Below are positions 35,516 to 45,100 of a stretch of DNA of 64,000 nt, one piece after another. Where the stretch lies: NCBI GenBank assembly GCA_900546715.1, contig UREA01000003.1, forward strand, positions 11,189 through 75,188, in the 5' to 3' direction. The notes below the pieces were generated by a model. It was not told where the DNA came from. It searched no databases and was given only the letters and a program-made list of their open reading frames with translations. Source of the stretch: an uncultured Mycoplasmatota bacterium. Its GTDB lineage: Bacteria; Bacillota_I; Bacilli_A; RF39; UBA660. Made by a program: the position numbers and the translations under genes. Within the stretch, counting starts at the first letter, position 1, and each line of letters opens with the position of its first letter.

Positions 35516-37036
35516 AGTCCATTCTTCAGAACCTAAGTACATCCAATTATTGTCTCTAACAGTGGTTGAATCATAACTACTTAATCCTGTTGTCCAATTA
35601 CTATTACTTGCCGCATATCCGTAATCACTTACATACATCAAGCCAATTTTGGCACTATATGTTGTACTACTTGAGCTACTTCCTACTTCGTAATTGTATG
35701 CTGCTTTTGGTGTTCTTATTCCATTTGAATATATCATTCCTCCTACTTTCCAGTTTGTTGTTGCTATCTTATTTTGCCATGTACTACTTAATCCACTTAT
35801 ATATGTTCCATTTAATGTCCCTGTATTTAATGTACTACTACTCCATCTATTAATTCTACTTGAGTTTGATCCACTCCAATAGTAGTTTCCTATACTTGTG
35901 TTTTTGATTAGTTTTACTTGATTGCCAAATACTCCTATTATTCGATACAAATTATCACTTGGACATGTACTTGCAGTACTTCCAAAACAGACATAATTAT
36001 TTGGATTTGCCCCGGCATATCTATAGGAACTATCACCTGCTGAATTAGCTAAACTACTTGTATGATAATATAGTCCATTTGAGCCTTGGCTTGTATATTG
36101 ATTTTTTATACATGTTGCTAAATTTGTGCCAGTATTGCAAATATATGTTACACTTTCTGTTTCGGCATTTATTGTATATACATTTGAATCTACTCCATTG
36201 GTATCTTTTACATATACTCTTATACTATAATTTTGTCCAGCACTTAATCCACTAAATGTATAGGTATTTGAGCTTGAACTTGTATAACTTCCATTATTTA
36301 TTGAATAATAATAGTTTTGAATATTGTTTGTTCCTCCACTTGCATTTACACTTACCGTTATTGAATCATTACTTACACTTGTTGCTGTTACACTGTTTAC
36401 TGTAGGATTTACATAGTTATCTGTTGTTACTTCTATTGTTTCTTCATTTGATTCATATCCAAGTGTATCTTTTGCATACACTTGGATAGTATATTCATGA
36501 TTCATCGTTAAATTACTAAATATATAACTTGGTGTACTACTTTCTTGATAACTGTTTCCCCCATCTATACTAAAATAGTATTTATCTACAGGATTTTCTC
36601 CTCCAGATGTAGTTATTGTTACAGTTATACTATTATAAGTTTTTGTAGATTCTACATTACTTATTTGTACTACATTATATAAATCAAAATATACATAACA
36701 AGCATCTGATTTATTACTTAATAATTCTACTATACCTTCTTCTCTATTCCATCTTAGTTCTCCACCATTTTCACATCTACTTAATTCACTATTAAAAGCA
36801 TAATTTCCACTTGGCCATGTATTAGTTGTTGATTCTTGATATGTTCCATCACTTTGTTCCAACATTAATGTTAGAAATGAATTATTGATTAAGTTTTTAT
36901 TGTTATTGTTGTTAGCCATAAAATTGTTTTGATTATTATTTTTAATCAACATAAAACAAATTATTGTTATTAACATAATTATAAATATACTTCCTATCAA
37001 AATTATTTTTTTGTGATTTTTTACCTTTTCCATCAT
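35342..37036 (-). CDS. membrane-anchored surface protein, paralog 2 (TM, two FN3-like repeats, lectin-like C-domain)
   Basis: Collinear with 8796..10553 over the N-domain, both FN3-like repeats and the C-domain scaffold (YRYAGANPNNYVCFGS, NLYRIIGVFG, GLMYVSDYGYAAS, EWTISR, RPVFYL, DPIRVN). AGGAG RBS. Confidence 0.8.
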   Translation of the reverse strand: MMEKVKNHKKIILIGSIFIIMLITIICFMLIKNNNQNNFMANNNNNKNLINNSFLTLMLEQSDGTYQESTTNTWPSGNYAFNSELSRCENGGELRWNREEGIVELLSNKSDACYVYFDLYNVVQISNVESTKTYNSITVTITTSGGENPVDKYYFSIDGGNSYQESSTPSYIFSNLTMNHEYTIQVYAKDTLGYESNEETIEVTTDNYVNPTVNSVTATSVSNDSITVSVNASGGTNNIQNYYYSINNGSYTSSSSNTYTFSGLSAGQNYSIRVYVKDTNGVDSNVYTINAETESVTYICNTGTNLATCIKNQYTSQGSNGLYYHTSSLANSAGDSSYRYAGANPNNYVCFGSTASTCPSDNLYRIIGVFGNQVKLIKNTSIGNYYWSGSNSSRINRWSSSTLNTGTLNGTYISGLSSTWQNKIATTNWKVGGMIYSNGIRTPKAAYNYEVGSSSSSTTYSAKIGLMYVSDYGYAASNSNWTTGLSSYDSTTVRDNNWMYLGSEEWTISRDSYVSTAAFRVDSAGDVSDSTVSNSHGVRPVFYLTSSITYASGSGLSTDPIRVN

Positions 37037-37086
37037 TTTTTATCACTCCTAAAATTTTTACCATACCCTATTTTTTCCCATTCTAC

Positions 37087-37119
37087 AAAAAAAAAAAAAA
37101 AAATCAACCTTTCGGTTGA
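37087..37119 (-). terminator. rmuC terminator with a 17-nt T-run
   Basis: TCAACC-GAAA-GGTTGA followed by T17 (A17 on the + strand, 37087-37103). Confidence 0.7.
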
Positions 37120-37279
37120 AATTTATACAATTTTTTGACGGGAGCCAAAAATTGTGAAACTAAAATTTTGTTTTACTGCTTTAGTTTGACTCCTACTTAA
37201 AACTTTATTTTTCTATTTTTATGTTTTTTAAATTTTCGTTGATTTCTTTAGCACAAGTTTTTTGGAAAAAAAGAAATAG

Positions 37280-38371
37280 CTAGGTATTAACTATTTCCCT
37301 CTTTTCTTTATTTTCTAATAATTTATCGACATCAACATTATTAATAGAATCAAATCTCTTAGTAATTTTTTCACTGGTTGTACTTAGTTCATCAATACTT
37401 TGATTGACAGTTTTAACACTTCTTGATAATTTATCCCAACGATCTTTAAATCTGGTAAATTCTATACTTAGTTTACTTAATTCTTCATGAATAATCTTCG
37501 TATATTTATCTCGTTCCATATTTTTTAGAATCATACTAATTATTGATAATGTAGAAATTAAAGTTGTAGGTCCGGTGATCCACACCCTTTTATTATAAGC
37601 ATAATTTATTAAATCAGGGTGATAAGCATTAATTTCCGCAAATAGTGCTTCAGCTGGTAAAAACATGATAGCTTCATCTGATGTTTCACCAGGAATTATA
37701 TATTTTTCAGAAATATCATTGATATGTTTTTTAACATCAGCCACAAATAGCTTTTCGGCTTGATCACGGATTTGTTTATCTTTAGTTTTATCAGTCATTC
37801 TTTGATAGTTTTCTAGTGGAAATTTAGAGTCAATTGCAATAGTTCCAAGTGGTGCTGGAGCATATAAAAGAGCATCAACTATAGCACCATTAGAAAATTT
37901 ATGTTGAGTTTCATAAATACCATTTCTTGAACCAAAGGCATTATTTAAAATATATTCAAGGTTTACTTCCCCAAAAGTTCCTCTAGTTTTTTTATCAGTT
38001 AAAACATTTTGCAGTGATATAATTTCTCCATTTAGACTATCTATTTTCTTTTGAGCTTCATCAATTTTAGATAAACGCTCTAACACATCCATAAATGTTT
38101 TATTACTCTTCTCAAAATTCTTATCTAATCTTTCATTAACAGTATCACTAATAAGAGTTAATTTTCTTTCAATTTTCTCATTTAATTTTTCAAAATCAGT
38201 CATTAAATCTTTTGAAAAGCTAAATTTAAAATCTCCAATTTCTTTATTGATATTAGCTTCAAAATGCCCAATTCTCTCCATTAAATCATTATTATTTTGT
38301 CTTCTTACTAAAAGTACTATTAATAAAATAATAACTAATACCAGTAAACCAATTATTATATATTCTATCAT
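37280..38371 (-). CDS. rmuC: DNA recombination protein RmuC
   Basis: N-terminal TM segment, long coiled coil, and a C-terminal nuclease-like region (AIDSKFPLENY, MFLPAEALF). Confidence 0.85.
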   Translation of the reverse strand: MIEYIIIGLLVLVIILLIVLLVRRQNNNDLMERIGHFEANINKEIGDFKFSFSKDLMTDFEKLNEKIERKLTLISDTVNERLDKNFEKSNKTFMDVLERLSKIDEAQKKIDSLNGEIISLQNVLTDKKTRGTFGEVNLEYILNNAFGSRNGIYETQHKFSNGAIVDALLYAPAPLGTIAIDSKFPLENYQRMTDKTKDKQIRDQAEKLFVADVKKHINDISEKYIIPGETSDEAIMFLPAEALFAEINAYHPDLINYAYNKRVWITGPTTLISTLSIISMILKNMERDKYTKIIHEELSKLSIEFTRFKDRWDKLSRSVKTVNQSIDELSTTSEKITKRFDSINNVDVDKLLENKEKREIVNT

Positions 38372-38373
38372 TT

Positions 38374-39693
38374 CTATCTCCCTACATAATCATCAATACA
38401 AAATATAGCATAGATTGGTACTGATTTAATTTTAGTTTTCTCATCATATCCAAAATTTTTAGTACTTATTCTAATTGCATATTTTGGCTTGTATAAATCT
38501 ATATATTTAGTTAAACTTTTTGATGTAACATTTTTATTAGCTTTTACTTCCATAGGAATAATTCCATCTTTAGTATAAAGTAAAAAATCTATTTCATAAT
38601 CATCATTTCTCCAATAATAAAGATTATATTTTTTGCATACTAATTGATTAGCCACATAGTTTTCAGCAATTACTCCTTTATATAGGGATATATTATCCGT
38701 TAATATATCACTAAGAGAAATATTTAATTTATAATTAAGAATTCCTACATCACTTAAATACAATTTAAATGCATCCGTATCAACAAAACCTTCAAGAGGA
38801 ACTTCTGGTAATTTAACCGCTTTGGCTTGTAAAACCAAATTACTTGCTAAAAGCCAATCTAGAGCTGATTCGTAATCTCTACTTCTAGCATTACTATCAA
38901 TTTTGGAATATTGAAACTTATTACTAAGATTAGAAAGTTGGTTAGGTAAAGAATCATAAATACGTGATACTTTTAATGATTCAGCATTATTTTTTACATA
39001 TTTTTGCATATCATTAAAATATCCTTCAACAATACTGGGAATAATATTAGTATTATATTTAATGTAGTCCTTATTAACATCTAACATGTTTTGAATTGAT
39101 TCAGGCATTCCTCCAGTTATTAGATAGATACGATACAAATTTAGAGCTTTTTCATGAACGGGATTAGATACAGCTTTGTTTTCGGCATAACATTTATTAA
39201 ATAATTCTATCATGTTATTTTCTCCCATCGCCCACAAAAATTCTTCAAAATCCATGGGATACATATTAAGCATTGCAACTTTACCAACTGGGAAAGCTTT
39301 TTTTAATCTTTTTAATTTTAATCCTAGTAATGAACCAGCACAAATTATATGCATTTTGGGATGTTCTTCATTAAAATACTTAAGTTCGGAAATTAATTCT
39401 TCACTTTCTTGTATTTCATCAATAAAAAGACAAGTATCATCTCCCTCTAATTCACTATCAAGTAATACCTTCAATTGAAGAAACTTTTCATCAGAAGTAA
39501 AATTTGATTTATATAAATCAATTATATTATCTTGAGAGAACAAATTTACATAAACAACATTTTTATAGTTATTTTTACAAAATTCTTTAATTATATAAGT
39601 TTTTCCACATTGTCTTACTCCCATAAGCATTAAAGGTTTGGCATTTAAAGTATTTTTCCACTTTATAAGTTCATCATATATTTTTCTTTTCAT
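38374..39693 (-). CDS. AAA-family ATPase with DUF4143-type C-terminal domain
   Basis: Walker A GVRQCGKT, Walker B CLFIDEIQ, and a C-terminal EIDFLL...IPMEVK restriction-endonuclease-like motif. Confidence 0.75.
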   Translation of the reverse strand: MKRKIYDELIKWKNTLNAKPLMLMGVRQCGKTYIIKEFCKNNYKNVVYVNLFSQDNIIDLYKSNFTSDEKFLQLKVLLDSELEGDDTCLFIDEIQESEELISELKYFNEEHPKMHIICAGSLLGLKLKRLKKAFPVGKVAMLNMYPMDFEEFLWAMGENNMIELFNKCYAENKAVSNPVHEKALNLYRIYLITGGMPESIQNMLDVNKDYIKYNTNIIPSIVEGYFNDMQKYVKNNAESLKVSRIYDSLPNQLSNLSNKFQYSKIDSNARSRDYESALDWLLASNLVLQAKAVKLPEVPLEGFVDTDAFKLYLSDVGILNYKLNISLSDILTDNISLYKGVIAENYVANQLVCKKYNLYYWRNDDYEIDFLLYTKDGIIPMEVKANKNVTSKSLTKYIDLYKPKYAIRISTKNFGYDEKTKIKSVPIYAIFCIDDYVGR

Positions 39694-39745
39694 TTTATAC
39701 TCACCGTTTTTATTTTAGCACTTTTTGCTTCTTTTTTCAATGGAT

Positions 39746-39825
39746 TTCACGTTTTTCCTACTCTTTTACACCAAAATTTTCACGTTTTTTCCAAGTTTTT
39801 TAGTCAAAATCTTCACGTTTTTCCT
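39746..39825 (-). repeat. three direct repeats GGAAAAACGTGAA at exact 33-bp spacing
   Basis: + strand TTCACGTTTTTCC at 39746, 39779 (one extra T) and 39812. Two copies extend to CAAAAT(T/C)TTCACG. They fill the asnB-to-ATPase intergenic region. Confidence 0.7.
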
Positions 39826-39828
39826 AAT

Positions 39829-41658
39829 TTAAGCATTTGCCACTTCTTTAAAAAACACATCATACCACTTTAGAAAGCAATAAACTGTCCATATTTTACG
39901 ATAATTATCTTTTTTATTATTTTTATGTTCTATTAATAATTTGTTTAAAAGTTTAGTATTAAAATAATACTTCGCTATTTCACTATTTAATGTGTTTTTT
40001 ACTTCTTCATAAACATCATCATCTTTAATCCATTCCCGAATTGGCACCGGAAAACCTAATTTTTTCTTTTTATAAGCTTCAGTTGGTATAACCTCTCTCG
40101 CAGCTTCTCTTAGGGCTACTTTGGTATTTTCTTTAGTAACTTTATATTCGATAGGTAGAGTTTTTGCAACATTAAATACACACTTATCAATAAATGGCAC
40201 TCTTCCTTCTAGGCCACTTGCCATAGTCATACGATCAGCCTTAAGCAAAATATCTTTCATAAGCCAATAATTTATATCAATTGCTTGCATTTTTTCAATA
40301 TCCGTAAAATTACTATATTCCGCGTATGTTTCTTTTGTTACATCAATTCCCCTTAAAGGATATTTGTTTTTTAATACTTTACGAGCCATTTTTTCAGAGA
40401 AATTTCTATTTACTCCAATATAATAGTTTTCAGGTCTTTCCCCTCTTCTAATTAAGAAATTTACCCCTTTAAACTCCGGCAATAGTTTCGCAATATTACT
40501 TAAAAAATGTCTGATAAAAAATGGTAATTTATTATAAAAGCCCATATCAACATCATAACGATATATATTATATCCACCGAAGAATTCATCAGCTCCTTCA
40601 CCAGATAATACTACTTTTACATCTTTACTTGCAAGTTTTGCCACAAAATATAGAGAAATTGCAGCAGGATCACTAGTTGGTTCATCTAAATAATAAAATA
40701 TATCACTTAAACTATTCATATATTCATCCTTAGTTATAACATGGCTTTTATTAGTAATACCTAATTTTTCAGCTAAATCTTTAGCGTAAGTTATTTCATC
40801 ATATTTAGGAATATCATAACCAACAGTATAAGTTTTATTTGGTTTAGCAAGTGATACTATATAAGATGAATCAATTCCACTAGATAAAAATGAACCAACT
40901 TCTACATCACTAAGTAAATGATGATTTACTGAATCTTTCATAACATCAGCTATTTTTTCTACGGCTTCCGCAAATGTTTGATTCTCTTCTTTAAAATCTA
41001 ATTTAAAATATTTATCAATTGTTATATTTCCATCTTTAAATAGTAAACTAGATCCCGCATCTAAGCGATACACTCCCTTAAAAAATGTTTCATTTGTTGG
41101 AACAAAGCTAAATTCTAGATATGCTTGCATTATTGCTTCATTAAATTCTTTTTTAAAATCTGGTAAATCTAAGAATGCTTTTATTTCTGATGCAAACATA
41201 AATGTATCATTCATATAAGCATAATATAAAGGCTTTATCCCAAAGTTATCCCTTGCTAAAAATAATTCTTTGCTATTTTTATCATAAATAGCAAAAGCAA
41301 ACATACCACGCAAATGTTTTGGTAAATCAGTATGCCACTCTTCAAAGCCGTGGACTAATACTTCAGTGTCACTTGTAGTTGTAAAGGTATGTCCAAGATT
41401 TAATAATTCTTCTTTTAATTCTTTATAGTTATAAACTTCACCATTATAAACAATTATAACGCTCTTATCTTCATTAAACATCGGTTGATTACCAGTAGAT
41501 AAGTCAATTATGGAAAGTCTGCGGTGAGCAAGTGCTATATCATCATCAATAAAATATCCTTCACCATCAGGTCCTCGATGTTTAATACGCTCACTCATTT
41601 TAGTAATTAATTCTTTCTTTTCTTCCCGTTTTGTTATAATTCCTGCAATTCCGCACAT
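39829..41658 (-). CDS. asnB: asparagine synthase (glutamine-hydrolysing)
   Basis: Ntn start MCGIAGI and SGGIDSS PP-loop. The start is set at the Met preceding the catalytic Cys. Confidence 0.9.
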   Translation of the reverse strand: MCGIAGIITKREEKKELITKMSERIKHRGPDGEGYFIDDDIALAHRRLSIIDLSTGNQPMFNEDKSVIIVYNGEVYNYKELKEELLNLGHTFTTTSDTEVLVHGFEEWHTDLPKHLRGMFAFAIYDKNSKELFLARDNFGIKPLYYAYMNDTFMFASEIKAFLDLPDFKKEFNEAIMQAYLEFSFVPTNETFFKGVYRLDAGSSLLFKDGNITIDKYFKLDFKEENQTFAEAVEKIADVMKDSVNHHLLSDVEVGSFLSSGIDSSYIVSLAKPNKTYTVGYDIPKYDEITYAKDLAEKLGITNKSHVITKDEYMNSLSDIFYYLDEPTSDPAAISLYFVAKLASKDVKVVLSGEGADEFFGGYNIYRYDVDMGFYNKLPFFIRHFLSNIAKLLPEFKGVNFLIRRGERPENYYIGVNRNFSEKMARKVLKNKYPLRGIDVTKETYAEYSNFTDIEKMQAIDINYWLMKDILLKADRMTMASGLEGRVPFIDKCVFNVAKTLPIEYKVTKENTKVALREAAREVIPTEAYKKKKLGFPVPIREWIKDDDVYEEVKNTLNSEIAKYYFNTKLLNKLLIEHKNNKKDNYRKIWTVYCFLKWYDVFFKEVANA

Positions 41659-41800
41659 TTTATCCACCCAAAACCTTTCTATAATAATCATTTTGCATAA
41701 TATATCTACTCATAGTAATTTTATTAGATACTACACTATTCATATATTTGATATAATCTTCACCTACATCAATGCCATCTTTAGCAACAAAATCACCAGT

Positions 41801-43630
41801 TCAAGCATAGTATGTTCCTTTATCGCTTACCCAAGAAGAATTACCAAATATGGCTAAACCTGGTTCAGTTGATAAAATATCTTTACCAATAATCAATCTT
41901 GAATCATATTGTACTCCAAACAAATTATATATTGTAGGTAGAACATCTATTTGACTACCAACTTTATCAATTTCTATTGTTTCCATTTCACTATTCCATA
42001 AAATGAAATTACTTCTATTTACCTCAACTACGCTATCTTTTTCATAGCTAGATATTTCATTTACTTCATCAATAGATAAATAATATGGATAATGGTCACC
42101 CACTAAAGCTATAACAGTATCTTCAAGCTCTCCGGCAGCATCAAGACGCGCAATTAACAATTCTAGAGCATCATTAAGTTCTATTTGGGCTGCTAGATAA
42201 GCAAGTGGTTTTTCCGAATACTCAAGGCCTGCAACATCATCTTTATGTTTTCTTGCCATTGCACTATAATTAAATCCATAATCCCCATGTCCACTAACAG
42301 TTACATAATAAACCATAAATGGCTCTTCACTATTTATATAATCATCAAATGTTGCATCAATCATTTCTACATCTGATTCCGGCCACTCTTTACAATTAAT
42401 ACGTTCTTCTAAACCATTGCGACAACCTAAGTAATTATCAAAACCTAAAGCTGCTAAGTATTTATGACGACTTTGGAAAGTATAAGTATGATCATGATAA
42501 GCATATGTATTATAACCTAAATTTTGAAAAGCTGTAGCCAATCCAAAAGGATAATAATTTTCGCCACTTTTCCATGGTGATAAGAAACCTGAAGCGGCTA
42601 CTAAGCCAGTTAGTTCTTGGAATTCCCCACCAATAGTACTACTTATTGTTGGTGTATAAAAATTATTAAATTTAAAACCACTATTGACAAGTTTATAAAG
42701 TGTTGGAGTTAAATCTTCTCTAACTGCAATTTCATTAAATGATTCTGCCATAAATAGTATTAAATTCTTACCTTCAAAATACTTAGTATATTCATTTTGC
42801 AAAGTACCAGATTCATTTTTAAAATATTCATGCATTTGTTTAATTGTACTATTACTTTCACTAGCAATTAAAGAATCAAAATCAATATCTAAATTATTAT
42901 ATTCATAAACTATAACTGGTTCATCTGGCTCTTCTTTAGAGTCACTATCATCTTCATCATAATAGTCATCTGGATCAATTATACTAATTTTTTCTTCAAA
43001 ACCAAAAATATTCCTTTGTAAATCCAATCTAAATGCATTAAGTACTCCTAGTTTCTTTATATTAAGTTCATTATTACTCACATTATAATAAAGCTCATAA
43101 GCGGAATTAATACTATCCTTATTAATATTTAAGCATAATATAAATATTACAAATACAGCTATAGCAGATCCTAATTTTATTAAATTAAATTTCCAATTTA
43201 CTTTTCTAATTGCAAAATATCTATTAAATATTAATAATAAAATAAATGGCAAGAATAATAACAATACTCCAAAAATATTTTGTAAAATAACTTTTATTCC
43301 TTCACTATAAAATGTAAGAACTTGATCTGTTGCTCCCAAAAGTGATAAATCAAAATAAAAACCAAACATTTTAAATACACATAGTTGTAAAGCATAAATA
43401 AAGCACATAACCCCAACCAATATAAAAAATAATATTTTATTCGTTTTATTATTTCCAAAACCTACTATAAAACTTATAAAACATGCTAAAAACAAATTAT
43501 ATAAACTACTATATAATAAGTTCATACTAAATATTTCATTACTTGTAAATAATCTAAATACCAATTCTAAATAAGTAAAAATTATAAAACAAGTTACTAT
43601 TACATTTATCTTTTTCAATTTAAACTTCAT
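41801..43630 (-). CDS. LTA synthase family protein (5 TM segments plus sulfatase domain), apparently truncated by an in-frame TGA
   Basis: N-terminal polytopic region and a sulfatase-type ectodomain (LILFMAESF, VSGHGDY). 46 further stop-free codons follow the TGA and end 1 nt before asnB. Confidence 0.75.
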   Translation of the reverse strand: MKFKLKKINVIVTCFIIFTYLELVFRLFTSNEIFSMNLLYSSLYNLFLACFISFIVGFGNNKTNKILFFILVGVMCFIYALQLCVFKMFGFYFDLSLLGATDQVLTFYSEGIKVILQNIFGVLLLFLPFILLLIFNRYFAIRKVNWKFNLIKLGSAIAVFVIFILCLNINKDSINSAYELYYNVSNNELNIKKLGVLNAFRLDLQRNIFGFEEKISIIDPDDYYDEDDSDSKEEPDEPVIVYEYNNLDIDFDSLIASESNSTIKQMHEYFKNESGTLQNEYTKYFEGKNLILFMAESFNEIAVREDLTPTLYKLVNSGFKFNNFYTPTISSTIGGEFQELTGLVAASGFLSPWKSGENYYPFGLATAFQNLGYNTYAYHDHTYTFQSRHKYLAALGFDNYLGCRNGLEERINCKEWPESDVEMIDATFDDYINSEEPFMVYYVTVSGHGDYGFNYSAMARKHKDDVAGLEYSEKPLAYLAAQIELNDALELLIARLDAAGELEDTVIALVGDHYPYYLSIDEVNEISSYEKDSVVEVNRSNFILWNSEMETIEIDKVGSQIDVLPTIYNLFGVQYDSRLIIGKDILSTEPGLAIFGNSSWVSDKGTYYA

Positions 43631-43741
43631 AAAACCACCAATATATAAATATTATACCACTATCTTTAAATTTTATATATATTTATCTATTAATTTGACA
43701 TTCTTAAAAGTCAAAAAGAACCCTATAACTAGAGTTCTAAA

Positions 43742-45100
43742 TCACTTTATAACCATTACTTTATTATCTTTAATTATAAAATAATCATTTATATAACTTT
43801 TTAATAATGGATAAATTGTATTTTCATATTCTAAATAACCAATTTCTATTATTTCTGGTGTATCAAAACTTAAAAAACTATTACTTATTTCTTCTAAATA
43901 ATTTAAGTTATCACTTAACTTATCTTTATTCATAAAATTACTTACATACACTTTATCACTAGAATTAACTAATATTACATAATTTAATCCATCTTCATAA
44001 ACCACAAAATTATAAGCATCCATATTAAACTTAATATTATCTCCCGTTTTTAAATTAGTTATATTAAGTTTATTATTTTCTATAAACAATTTATAATTAT
44101 AAATATAATTTTCATCATTAACATAATTTATAACAAATTCATCTTCTACAAAATAAGTCATTTTTCCATTATTTATATCTATTTCTTCGTAATTATAACA
44201 AATTTGTTTATCCATTATTTCACTTGGAGCTAAATAAGAAGTTATAAACATCGCAAGTATTGCCACAACTATAATTTGAGTAACTCTTCTTTTAGTATTT
44301 GCATCATTCTTAATATTTAAATAACTATAAGCAATATAAATAATTGCAAATAATACTGAAATAATTAAGGTGATAATATTAACAATCATAGCAACATCTG
44401 TATTATTAGCACAATCTTTATAACTATTTACTTCACCAAGCAATACTGAAAAATCATAAAATGAATGTAAAAACACTAAACTCCAAATATTTCTTGATGC
44501 ATAGTATACCGAACAAAATAAAATACCAATAGCACTAGTTTGAATAACTTGCATAAAACTTGTAAATAAATCTTGTCCTGATAAAGCATTTACTAAGTGA
44601 AACAATCCAAATAAAAGGCCACTTATTAAAATGGTTATTAATGCACCTTTCTTGCCTTCGCCAAATCTATCCATCACTTCATTTTGGAGCCATCCTCGGA
44701 ATATAAATTCTTCAGCAATACCAATAGCAATACTAACTAACACTAAACTAATAAAATTAGGTATACTTAAATTACCATCAATTATTAACTCTCCCCCATT
44801 AACAAGTAACATAATAACAGATATTACAAGTATTGGCATACCCCTTTTTATTCCCACAATAAAGTTTTCTTTCTTACTCCATATCTGCGGCCACAATTTT
44901 CTAACAGAAATAACTATTATTGCAAATAAAACAATAACTATCTCCGAAATTAACATTGTATTATATTTACCATAAAATAAGGCATTATAAATTAAATTAG
45001 CAAACATACCACCATAAATAGTATATAGACCAACTAACAATAACAAAATAATTGCGATAATTCCAATAAATTTAAACAAATCTTTATTCTTTTTAAACAT
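43742..45100 (-). CDS. CPBP-family intramembrane glutamic endopeptidase with C-terminal extra domain
   Basis: EEFIFRGW, FGLFH and FLHSFYDF motifs. Confidence 0.8.
   Translation of the reverse strand: MFKKNKDLFKFIGIIAIILLLLVGLYTIYGGMFANLIYNALFYGKYNTMLISEIVIVLFAIIVISVRKLWPQIWSKKENFIVGIKRGMPILVISVIMLLVNGGELIIDGNLSIPNFISLVLVSIAIGIAEEFIFRGWLQNEVMDRFGEGKKGALITILISGLLFGLFHLVNALSGQDLFTSFMQVIQTSAIGILFCSVYYASRNIWSLVFLHSFYDFSVLLGEVNSYKDCANNTDVAMIVNIITLIISVLFAIIYIAYSYLNIKNDANTKRRVTQIIVVAILAMFITSYLAPSEIMDKQICYNYEEIDINNGKMTYFVEDEFVINYVNDENYIYNYKLFIENNKLNITNLKTGDNIKFNMDAYNFVVYEDGLNYVILVNSSDKVYVSNFMNKDKLSDNLNYLEEISNSFLSFDTPEIIEIGYLEYENTIYPLLKSYINDYFIIKDNKVMVIK

Noticed and set aside
35263-35517. 84-aa Arg-rich + strand ORF (MTRSPFALKF...) inside the GC-rich cassette
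   Set aside because: It is antisense to a frame that clearly encodes the conserved C-terminus of paralog 2. It starts at a TTG that is better explained as a -35 box, has no RBS, and its openness is expected from the local GC-richness.
39746-39825. The 33-bp-periodic repeats as a mini CRISPR array
   Set aside because: The repeat unit is only 13-20 nt with about 13-20 nt between copies, there are only three copies, no cas genes are present, and part of each 'spacer' is itself conserved.
41801-41803. Genetic code 4 (TGA read as Trp), as a Mollicutes-like AT-rich genome might suggest
   Set aside because: sigA, dnaG and the RnfD-like gene end at TGA at their expected C-termini, with ATGA-type overlaps to the next gene. 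Reading TGA as sense would add spurious tails.
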